A stretch of DNA of 64,000 nt from Octopus sinensis. Lineage: Eukaryota. Each line of letters begins with the position of its first letter. Within the stretch, counting starts at the first letter, position 1. The position numbers were made by a program, and so were the translations under genes. Under the pieces are notes generated by a model that saw nothing but the letters and a program-made list of their open reading frames with translations, ran no database searches and had not been told where the DNA came from. Location of the stretch: assembly GCF_006345805.1 (NCBI RefSeq), contig NC_042999.1:38130001-38194000 (forward strand), given 5' to 3'. Shown in pieces: positions 53,704-64,000 of this stretch.

Positions 53704-53810
53704 ACATCATCACCATCATCATCGTCATCGTCGTCGTCGTCGTCGCCGCCGTCGTCATCATCATCATCATCATCATCATCTTCTTCTTCTCTTCTTCTTC
53801 TTCTTCTACT
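53652..53810. repeat. (CAT/CGT/CTT)n compound microsatellite
   Basis: Direct reading. Confidence 0.95.
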
Positions 53811-53869
53811 ACTTCTTCTCATTGTTCTTGTGTTTGTCCTTGTTGTTACCTGACTGACTGGAGAAGGCG

Positions 53870-54335
53870 TTGCATGGTAGATTTCCAAAGATAGTTGCAG
53901 CAGCTATCTTTGAGACATAGTTATGGTTGCAGAAAGAAAGGTTGAAAAGGGAGAACAGAAAGTTTGTTAGTAGCAACGCAAAACTAAGCTTTAAGGACTA
54001 ATTCGATTAAAGCGAAGATAGAAAAATACCAAGTAGATTCCGAATGCAGGTTATGCAAACCAAAAAGTGTTACTCATATAGTAAATGAACGAAAGATGCT
54101 AGCACAAACGGAATACAAAAAAAGACATGAGAGCCTAGTGAGAGTTATTCACAGGGAGTTGTGTAGAAAGCTAGGATTTTAACATACTGATAAACGGTAT
54201 GAACATGAAGCTAGTAAAGTACTAGAAAGTACGAAATATAAAATGTTGTGGGACACTAGAAGGCCTGATTTAGTAGTAGTTGACAAAGAGAATAGAAAGT
54301 GCCAGATAATTGATTTTACAGTCCCAAATGATGTA
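53870..54335 (+). pseudogene. R4/Dong-like fragment (family C)
   Basis: TESLLVATQN.ALRTN..KAKIEK...CRLC...HIV...YKKRH...RRPDLVVVDK...IIDFTVPND. Confidence 0.75.
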
Positions 54336-54339
54336 AAAA

Positions 54340-55118
54340 TAGGCATTGGATTACAGAAACATATGTCGTGTATGTCAACAACAAAATGAAACCATTGATC
54401 ATGTTGTCTCCATGTGTAGTTTTCTTGCGCTTACAGAGTATTTCAACAGGCACGATAAACCAGCACAATATATTCACTGGGTAACTTGCAAGAACTTGGA
54501 CATGCCCTATGATAAAAAGTGGTGGGAACACAAACCACCTCCAATGCTTGAAAATGATCACATTTCACTCCTTTGGAACTTCACCATTCAAACTGACAGA
54601 AAGATAGATGCAAATAGGCCAGACATCATAATGAAAAACTTCAGACAAAAATAATGCCTCCTCATTGATATGACTGTCCCAGTCGATATAAATGTATCTG
54701 CCAAGAACTACCAAAACTGAGCAAGTATAAAGATCTTGAAATAGAAATTAGCAAAATGTGAAACCTGAAGACTAAAACAATACTTGTTATCATAGGTACC
54801 CTCGGAATGATAGCAAAAGGGGCCGATTACTACCTAGCTCAAATACCAGGGAACCTCAAAATGGCAGAAATTCAAAAGATAGTGCTCACGGGAACTGCCT
54901 ATTTCCTACGCAAAATATGTTCTATGTAATCTCAAATTTTAAACCAAACACAATTTTTTATGGTTTCTTAAACATTCTCTGGAACAATACTATGTACAAA
55001 ACCAAATATATGGCAACTAAGGCATAACCCAACAAGAACGTCTAACTTGTTGTCTCTTGAGGTCTCTGGGTGAGACTTGGAGCCAACCTGTACAAAAATA
55101 AAGCAAAAGTCAAACATA
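54340..55118 (+). mobile_element. R4/Dong-like 3' fragment (family B)
   Basis: CRVCQQQNETIDHVVSMC, NRPDII, IDMTVP, KYKDLEIEI; UTR shared with 726-1079; (AAT)n tail. Confidence 0.85.
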
Positions 55119-55158
55119 AAATAATAATAATAATAAAAACAATAAAATAACAATAACG

Positions 55159-55231
<73 letters not shown>

Positions 55232-55232
<1 letters not shown>

Positions 55233-57978
55233 AAGCAACAAAAAGAGAACAAAAATGCTCCGCAGATATAACATCACAGAAAAAGATTTGCCGGAGATAA
55301 AAGAAAAGCTGAAGCAAGATATCCTTGCCAAAGCTCAAAGGATCCGCCGGTACGAGAAACGCCAACGCTTCTTTGAACAGAACAAAAAGTTCAACTCCGA
55401 CCCCAAAAAGTTCTACCAAGAACTGGGCAAAAATAAAATAGAAGTTACTGCAGCACCAACGGCAGAAGAATTGGAAGAATTCTGGAGAGAAATATGGTCG
55501 GCGAACGAACAGCCAAAAAAAAGGAGTATGAAAATAACAAACTCGGCATCTGAACAACTTTGGACCACCATAACAACTGAAGAGGTCACCCAGGCACTGC
55601 AAAAACTAAGCAACTGGAAGGCACCTGGGCATGACAAGATCCCCAACTTCTGGTTGAAATATCTAACAGGAATGCACAAAAAGCTGGCTGAAAACTTTAA
55701 CAGCATACTAGCAGAGCCAGAGACAATGCATGAATGGCTCACGAAGGGGAAAACCATCTTAATTCCCAAATCAAATGAAACAACAAAACCAGAAAACTAC
55801 AGACCAATAACCTGCCTCCCTACTATGTTCAAGGCATTTACTGCAGTGATATCGCAAAGGCTGAACAAGCACCTGGACGAAAACAAACTGTTCCCAGAAG
55901 AGCAGAAAGGATGCCGCAAGGGCTCATATGGCTGTAAAGATCAATTAATGATTAATAAAGCCGTAACTGAAGACAGCCACAGAAAGAAGAAAGGCCTCAG
56001 TATGGCCTGGATTGACTATAAAAAGGCGTTTGATAGCATCCCCCACACATAGATCCTCGAAACACTAGCCATTAACAAAGTAGCATCAACAATCATAAAA
56101 TTCATAGAACACTCTAAGAATAAATGGCAAACAGTCCTACACCTCCAAACAAAAGAGGGACTCATGAAAACCAAAGACATCCCCATTAGAAGAGGAATAT
56201 TCCAGGGAGATACGCTCTCTCCACTCCTTTTCTGCTTGGCACTGTCACCTCTATCTGATATGCTAAATAGAACTGGATGCGGATATAAATGTTACGGCAA
56301 AACGATCAGCCACCTTTTATATATGGATGACCTAAAACTATACGCTGCAAATGACAAACAGCTGGAAACACTATTAAAGACAGTTCATGGATTTACCAAA
56401 GAAATAGATATGAAATTTGGATTAGAAAAATGCGCCAAAGTAACCATGAAAAGAGAAAAACTAGTTAAGAGTAACAACATCACACTAGATAAAACCAATG
56501 AAATAAAAGAATTAGACCAAAGCCAAACTTACAAATACTTAGGAATCCATGAACTAGATAAGACACAACGCACACAAATGAAAGAGAAAATAAAAAAAAG
56601 AATATTATAGACGAGTTAGATCAATACTAAAAACAGAGCTCAATGCTAAAAACAAGATAATAGGTATCAACACTTTAGCTGTCCCAGTTATAAGTTACAG
56701 CTACAATATCCTTAACTGGACACGAAATGAACTGTCCAAAATAGATAGGAAAACAAGAAAAATACTGACAGGATCTAGGATGCATCACCCAAAATCTGAC
56801 ATAGAAAGACTATATATACAACGTATAGAAGGTGGTAGAGGCCTTATACAGCTGGAAAACTACTATAAAATAACCACCATAGGACTGCAAAAATACCTAC
56901 TTCAGAAGGAAGGAAAACTGATCCAGATAGCAGCAAAACACGAGCAAAACAAAAAAAACTGTTCTCAGTATTTAAGGAAGCTGACAAATACAAACAAGAA
57001 ATCATACCACCTAATAAACACAAAGAAGAAGAAGACGATGATGAAGAAACAACAAAAGCTATAAAACAAATGAAATCCAAACTAAAAATAGAACAGCAAC
57101 GAGCCATGATAAAACGATGGCAAGAAAAGCCCCTTCATGGTAAATACTGCACTAAACTAAACGCAAAAGAAATAGACAAAGAAAAATCCCAGCAATGGTT
57201 GAGAAGCTCAGGACTCAAAGCAGAAACAGAGGGATTTTTAATTGCAGCACAAGACCAAAGCCTCCCCACCAGAAATTACCAAAAACATGTAATGAAAAGA
57301 AATATTACAAGTAACTGCAGAATATGTGGAGACGGACAAGAAACAATAAATCACATTATCTCTAGCTGCCCAGTCCTGGCTAAGAAGGAATATATTCACA
57401 GACATGACAGAGTTGGAACCTACATACATTGGAAGCTATGCCAACATTATGGAATAACAACAGAAAAAAGATGGTATAGGCACACACCAGAAAAGGTCAC
57501 AGAAAACGAGAAAGCAACCATACTCTGGGATATGCCGATACACACAGATAGAGAAATTAAGGCCAACAGACCAGATATAGTTGTCAAAGATCATGAAGAA
57601 AAAAAATGCTTTCTAATTGATGTATCAATACCGGCAGATGACAACGTGTCTGTAAAAGAAATGGAGAAACTCTCAAAATACAAAGACCTGGAAATACAGG
57701 TAACTAGAATGTGGAACCTGAAAACAGAAACAATTCCTATCATAGTAGGTGCATTAGGCATGATAAAAAATATTCAGACAAATACATAACAAAAACACCA
57801 GGACTTACAAACACATATAACATACAGAAAATTGCACTACTAGGCACTGCACACATCCTACGCAGAACACTTTCCATACAATAACCATCAGAGCATCACA
57901 ACAAATCACAGCACATACCCAAGGCACACAGAGCTGCGCTCGGTAGTGAAGTGAAAGCACGCTATAAAAATAAAACTA

Positions 57979-57981
<3 letters not shown>
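55232..57981 (+). mobile_element. R4/Dong-like RLE LINE (family A), 5'-truncated and disrupted
   Basis: KAPGHD, YRPITCL, IDYKKAFD, GIFQGD, YMDD 56320-56331, YKYLG, CCHC, PDIVV...IDVSIP...KYKDL; (AAT)n directly at both ends. Confidence 0.93.
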
Positions 57982-58051
<70 letters not shown>

Positions 58052-58130
58052 TAATAATAATAATATCTATATAAGATTCCCCAACGATTGTTGGGATTTA
58101 CACATAATGAGATAATACCAAAAAAATTTT

Positions 58131-58250
58131 TGCCGTTCATCCTTTCGGGTCGATAAATTAAGTACCAGTGAAACAATGTTGTCGATATAATCGATTAATC
58201 TTCTCCTCACAAATTTCAGACCTTGTACCTTCTGTAGAAAAGATTATTAT
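58131..58250 (+). mobile_element. SINE fragment (53101 family central block)
   Basis: TTCATCCTTTCGGGTCGATAAATTAAGTACCAG. Confidence 0.7.
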
Positions 58251-58980
58251 TAATATTAGTATTATTAGCAGTAGCAATATTAGTGCCAGAATCACCATAG
58301 TAGTGGTACTAATAATAGTTGTAGTATTCATAGTAGTAGTAGTGTAGTGTTAGTAGCAGTAGTAGCGATCCCCGATCAGTAGCATTCTTAGGTCTCGAGT
58401 AAATGCATATAGACATTTGGATGTATGTGGACCATAGATTTTTCTGGGTGGGGTCAGAAATTTAATATAAGACGGCTAGGCTATCACCCTAATATACACT
58501 AGTTAGGTTAATTCCAACATGAAAATATTGATTACTATTATGATAGATTACTATTATGTTATAAATATACACCAAAATACAATACAATTACAAAGCAATC
58601 GCTTTTAACTATTTTTATGAAATTATTTGTCAATAACTTAAGAGCAAAACGATGCAACGCCAGACGTCATGAAGTTAGTCGCTAACCTCTGTTTATCTGT
58701 TTACTTACAATTTAATGTATGGATTTATTGATACAGTTTTTTTCTCTCTGTTCGCGATTCAGTTAGGTGAATAAACAAGTGTAACATTTATAGAAATTCT
58801 ATTATAATAGTTGGAATCTAGATAGAGACATATACTTAAATATTTATGCTCTCTTTTTCCATACCTACCTACCTGTCTACCTATCAATCTATCTACATAC
58901 ATAAATACATACACTCACACACATATACATACATACATACATAGATACATACATACATACATACATATAATATATACATA

Positions 58981-59011
<31 letters not shown>

Positions 59012-59197
59012 TATATATATAATAATAAATATTAGGGAATAAATCCAAATTTACAGGGAAAAAATCAGATTTAGGATTAAATCGATTTTATAGTAAAATA
59101 TTATAAAATATTATTAGAGACAAAACCACTATTTTGCAAAACAACAAGGAAAGACTTAATCAATACATAAAATTTTAATAAATAGTCAAAAAAACCG

Positions 59198-59240
59198 CCA
59201 CTACAATCGTTTCTTGTCTTGATCGACAATCTTCAGGTGG
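59198..59240 (-). ncRNA. Hammerhead ribozyme family H5 (left arm)
   Basis: Exact mirror of 59283-59325. Confidence 0.8.
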
Positions 59241-59282
59241 ACTTCCAATAATTCAGTGTCATGACACTGAATTATTGGAAGT

Positions 59283-59325
59283 CCACCTGAAGATTGTCGA
59301 TCAAGACAAGAAACGATTGTAGTGG
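59283..59325 (+). ncRNA. Minimal type I hammerhead ribozyme (family H5, right arm)
   Basis: CCAC-CTGAAGA-TTGTC gatcaa GACAA-GAAA-C gatt G-TA-GTGG: all core bases and three helices present, GUA triplet. Confidence 0.85.
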
Positions 59326-59412
59326 CGGTTTTTTTGACTATTTATTAAAATTTTATGTATTGATTAAGTCTTTCCTTGTTTGTTTTGCAAAATAGTGGTT
59401 TTGTCTCTAATA

Positions 59413-59553
<141 letters not shown>

Positions 59554-59672
59554 CATAATACAGCTTTATATATACCCTCTCTCTCTCTCTTTATATATAT
59601 ATATGACATTTTTTGCGTAATAAGATAAAAAAAACAAGGGTGTATAGATATCAAGGCATTTAGAGACAGAAG

Positions 59673-59724
59673 GTCTTACAGCTGTTTTTAAGATATTAAT
59701 TAATAATATCCCTTCATCGGAGAC
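59673..59724 (-). ncRNA. Degenerate hammerhead ribozyme (family H6)
   Basis: GTCT-CCGATGA-A-GGGATATT...AATATCTT-AAAA-CAGCTG-TA-AGAC: helices intact, but U4 and G12 are mutated. Confidence 0.6.
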
Positions 59725-59799
59725 GGTGTGAGAGGAAAGATTAGTTAGTTTCGATGTGATACAAAATAGGGAGTGAGATATATTTATAAGATTCTACAT

Positions 59800-59912
59800 C
59801 TTGCAGCTCACCCGCGACGGACCGGCGTCCCATCGAGGTGGGGGACCTATACGCCAAGGAAACCGGGAAATCGGCCCTTATGAGCCAGGCGTGGCTCGAG
59901 AAGGAACAAACA
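59800..59912 (+). mobile_element. SINE tail fragment
   Basis: Shares GGCGTCCC...TACGCCA.GGAAACCGGGAAA...ATGAGCC with the 4840 copy. Confidence 0.6.
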
Positions 59913-62277
59913 ATGTATGTATGTATCTATGTGCCTATCCATCTATCTATCTATAGATCTATCTACTCAACTACATTTATATATATATCCACTTATAAAA
60001 TTCATAGTTGATTCACTTATAAATTCATAGTTGATTCATAAGCTTATGTTTTCTCTCATTTCCATAAGCTTATTTTACCGCTCTCCTAACAGAGCTTGCC
60101 CACCGCCGGTATAAAATTAATTGAATGTGATAACAACAAAAGTGAATTAGAAAAAAATGAAATAATCGGACAATAACATGTGAATATTTTACGAATGAAT
60201 TTTTTTAAAGATACTACATTAAAATAAATATGTCTTGCTACATAGGAAACAATAAATCTAATATAAATATTTTATTTGCCAATTCGTTATAATACTCATA
60301 TACGAGCGATCGTTTCACTAAGCGATATATTCAACGGAGTATTAGAACTGAGAAACAGGAAAATTGATTTGGGTAGAATTCATTTGTTGAAATTCTAAAG
60401 AGAAAGATCCTACATATTAATTATCTGACGAAGTCAGATGCTGTGATGTGTTATTGGGGAACGTGAAAAGCTAAATCGGTCTCCTGGAATCTGCTTGGAT
60501 TTCATAACCCTACAATTTCGTACCAGTCGGATAATGCGGTTAGTGGCACATCGATCCATTTATTCCATAAAGTGTTAGTAATGCGCAAAAGGGAGCTATC
60601 ACGGTGAGACTAGGTGTTGAAGAAGAGAATGAAGCTAGTCCAGCAGATTTTCACTCCAAGTATTAATGAGACTTCTTTTCTGAATAAATGCTGTAGGCAC
60701 GGAAATGTCATCCGTGCTTGTTGGATATGTATGTAGAACAAGAGAATAGTTTTGCAAGCACTTGCCTTGTGTGCAATGTAGCTATGTGAAATTATGTCAA
60801 ATAGTTTGTTGCATGTAGGCAGCATCCCATCAACCAGGTCAAAGAATGGAAGAACTTTTCTTCCCTCTCTGGTGACAATGGGGACCTCGAATGTATGGTG
60901 GTAAATATTGAAAGGTCGAAAGAGATAATTTCTGCTTCGGTCAAGGTAGTTTGAAGTGGAAACTTCGCTTTTGTGTGAAAGATACTCTTAGATTTTGAAG
61001 CTTTCTGACTGGGCCTATGCAAATATACACTTACTGCGAGGTTTTTATGTCAAATATGTATATATTTTTACCGCACTCCAATCACAGCAGCCACTGTATA
61101 ATATCACCTCATCCTTTGTTCTCGTAAGAATAACAAAGGAAACTTTATTTGAATTGGCAGAATCGTTACGGCTTCAGAAAAAATACCATGTGGTGTTTAT
61201 TTGCAGCTCTTCATATTCTGAGTTCTGATCACGCTGATGTCGACTTTGATTTTCGTGTTACAAGAGTTGATAAACACTCCACTCTGTGATTGATGAGGTC
61301 ATTTTATTTCACGTAAGATTGTTTCGAATTTCCGTCCCCCTGCTTACAATACAAGCAATTATGATTATTATTATCAATAGTAGAAGTATTGTTAGTATTA
61401 GAACAGGAATAATTTGAAGGTTTCTTTCTATTTTCTATCCGCAATATTATATTATTTCAAATACTACAATAGAGACGCACATACTTCTTTGACGCTACAC
61501 AAACATCTACACATCTCTTACCGAATCTAACCTTATACATAGTGTTTAAATAAATAAAATTTCATTATTATTTTTTAAATATCTTTTCTGTTTTGGCACA
61601 TTTATTACTTTCATTTATAATGATACATAATTGCATCTCGTCAAAAACAACAAAGAAAAATAACATAAATTCTAAAGAAAAAAATTCGACAATGCAGAAG
61701 AAAAATATGAGAAAAAAATTATCCTGTAAAAAAACAATTACACACCCACATATAACACGCACAATCAAAAGAAAAGAGAATGAATCTTCTAACTGAAGCA
61801 ACAATGACAAATATAGTAGAGTAGGATAATCAATAATCCATTGATCATTATATTCTCTGTCTCTCTTTTCTCGATCAATTTCTCTATTTTTCTCTCTTTG
61901 TGTTTCATTCTCTCAGCTTCTTCTTGTTCAGACCTTATACTATTTACATTAAATCACCAACTATTTTCATTGCAATATAATCTGAAAAGAACCTAAACGT
62001 AATTAATTATGTAAAATATTATAAATAATACATCGCATTTACAGATGATGAAACACATTTTTCTTTTTTTTGTTTCGACGATGAAAAAAAAAAGAGGGAA
62101 GGCAAAATACACAAACATATATGAATGTGTTTATTTCTGTACCTTTGTACTTATGAATGTATCTATGTATGTATTTATGTATGAGAGGGTGTGTATGTTT
62201 GTATGCATGTATGTGTACATATGCATATATAGAGAGAGACATAGATAGAGGGAGAGAGATAAAGAGAGAGACGGATA

Positions 62278-62482
62278 CGAGGGAATTATATCTATCCTGG
62301 CTTTAAGGGTGTCACGAATGGCCTGTTTGGAGGCCCAGCGTTACGAGTTCATTTACAGGGTTTAGATAAACTGAAGGACCGGTGCACTATGTGTGTGAAT
62401 CTAAGAGGGAAATAAAATCATCATCAACTGGTTGTTCTGTATTTTCTTTTACCCGAAGCCAGGAACTTTGCGGCACCCCTCG
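62278..62482 (+). mobile_element. Mariner-derived MITE
   Basis: Decayed TIRs CGAGGG...CCTGGCTT / AGCCAGG...CCCCTCG; retains the C-terminal remnant GL.KLKDRC.MCVNLRG. Confidence 0.7.
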
Positions 62483-62819
62483 TTTTGGTATATATATATA
62501 TATATATATAACTGTATACTAATATACTGATATACCATAATAATATATATTTTCCGATTTGAAGCGACTATTTTTAAATAGAAACAAATGACCGAAAAAG
62601 GATGAGCTAAGACCAGCCAGAATCGAATCCACAAATTAACACTGTCATGGCTCATTGCGCATCCGATTGGCCAAACGATGACGCGCCAATTTCAGCTAAA
62701 TTAAATGAATGTATACTTAAACTGTCTAATACTACATATAATATTTGTAAATTAAGCAGAAAGGCGTTGGATGTTATGATGTCGTGTAAACAACTTGCAC
62801 ATGCAAGTGCTACCAGTCA

Positions 62820-63345
62820 AAAACTCCGTATACCGGAAGCCATCAAGTGTATGGGGTCATCAGGAGAGAATGCATGCTGTTTCGGGGCCTACCTCTCGAC
62901 GGCATCAATGCATACCGGCCCCCCTCCCTGATTCGAGGCCCCGCTTGCTAGATCAGCTGGTTATCAAATAAAGCTCAATATCCTTTTAGCCATCGCTCAT
63001 CGTCTCTTTTTAACTAAATCCAGTGGCTAGCCTTCTCCACTGTATATTGGATATCGGTCATGGTGGTATTGACTTTACGATGAGTTAGGCCTAGCGATAA
63101 CAACAGTCGTTTCACACTGTGTCCAACTAACCCTCTACATCCGACTTCGATTTGAAAATGTTCCGCTTTCCAGCCTGCGTCTTCACACTCCTCGAGGAGG
63201 TTTACATAACGGTTAAATTTTCGAGCCCGAGCGATGTCCATATTATCTTCACGAGGAACCGTTAACTCGACCATATTTACAACTTTCCTTCTTTCACACC
63301 ACATCAAAATATCTCTTTTGTCGTAGTTTGGATGGGAGAGAAAAC
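62820..63345 (-). mobile_element. HERO/R2-group RLE LINE 3' end
   Basis: DILMW...VELTVPREDN...ARKFNRY..L...GW...EVGCRG...EKASHWI, then a GC-rich 3'UTR. Confidence 0.8.
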
Positions 63346-64000
63346 CTGGCACCAGGTAAATCTGCAGTTACCTCCTAATATCATTAATTAGTTATTATTC
63401 TAATATGAGTCTTCCATAGTAGCTCCTCGTAACTTACAAATCCTTTCTGATTTGTTTACTTCAGGCTTGTTAGGGGTAGTTTAAGACACAAGTTTCTAGA
63501 TAATGTTGCCAGTGCAGTCTAAGGTCAGTGCAAATCATGTATCTTAGCTGCAGTAACTGAATCGCTAATGTGCGATGATTTATTTTGTATTTGGACTCTA
63601 ATAAATATGTATATTCCAAGGATAGTATGGAGAGGTGGGGGATGTGCAAAAGGAAATTATTCTTGCTTCCTCGCATGGATATTGACGCAGACGACCTTTT
63701 CTGTGATAACACTGTAGGTTTAATGATTTGGAATATCCGAGTAAAGTATAGGGTACGCATTTATGATGTGTTGAAATACAGTTTAGGTCTGCCCATATTG
63801 TACTATGTTACCATTGAACATAATCCATATTGTAGTATGTGTTTTAAGCGTATTAAAAAGTTCTGATCAGTTGGAGTTGCTTTCGGTCTCAAAGACGTTT
63901 ATGTGAACGTCATTAAATTTCGTTCAGTTGTATTCCTGTGATTTATACTATTGTTTCTTATAACATCTTCGCAAATGCTCGGTTCTGTTAAGTGGAACAT

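Noticed and set aside
43959-56052. Several LINE stops appear to be TGG to TAG/TGA, suggesting deaminase editing
   Set aside because: Single transitions at Trp codons are the commonest route to stops; there is no consensus here to show G-to-A excess.
62857-62890. GAAA and CTGATGA 16 nt apart in the HERO-like 3'UTR
   Set aside because: Stems I-III cannot be paired, so it is not called a hammerhead.

Overview
AT-rich eukaryotic DNA, dense in microsatellites and almost entirely repeat-derived. The SINE/LINE complement and the (TA/CA/CATA/TATC/AAT)n load suggest an octopus or other cephalopod genome (inference). No intact gene or intact transposon ORF is visible. The window holds a near full-length but disrupted Tx1/L1-type LINE (40.9-46.8 kb) with truncated relatives at (TATC)n, and an ORF1-only Tx1 derivative with a 14-bp TSD. 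It also holds R4/Dong-type RLE LINEs at (AAT)n, HERO-, RTE- and CR1-type fragments, several Tc1/mariner elements and MITEs, and many tRNA-derived SINEs. There are two Penelope-like (RT/GIY-YIG) remnants. The standout signal is about ten minimal type I hammerhead ribozyme motifs from 6-7 sequence families. Four loci are head-to-head inverted pairs with 3' ends facing outward into microsatellites, including a near-perfect 320-bp zero-spacer palindrome. One ribozyme carries a compensatory U3-A8 core pair. A few minus-strand open segments with good splice sites may be exons of a large host gene (low confidence). All alignments and folds were done by eye.
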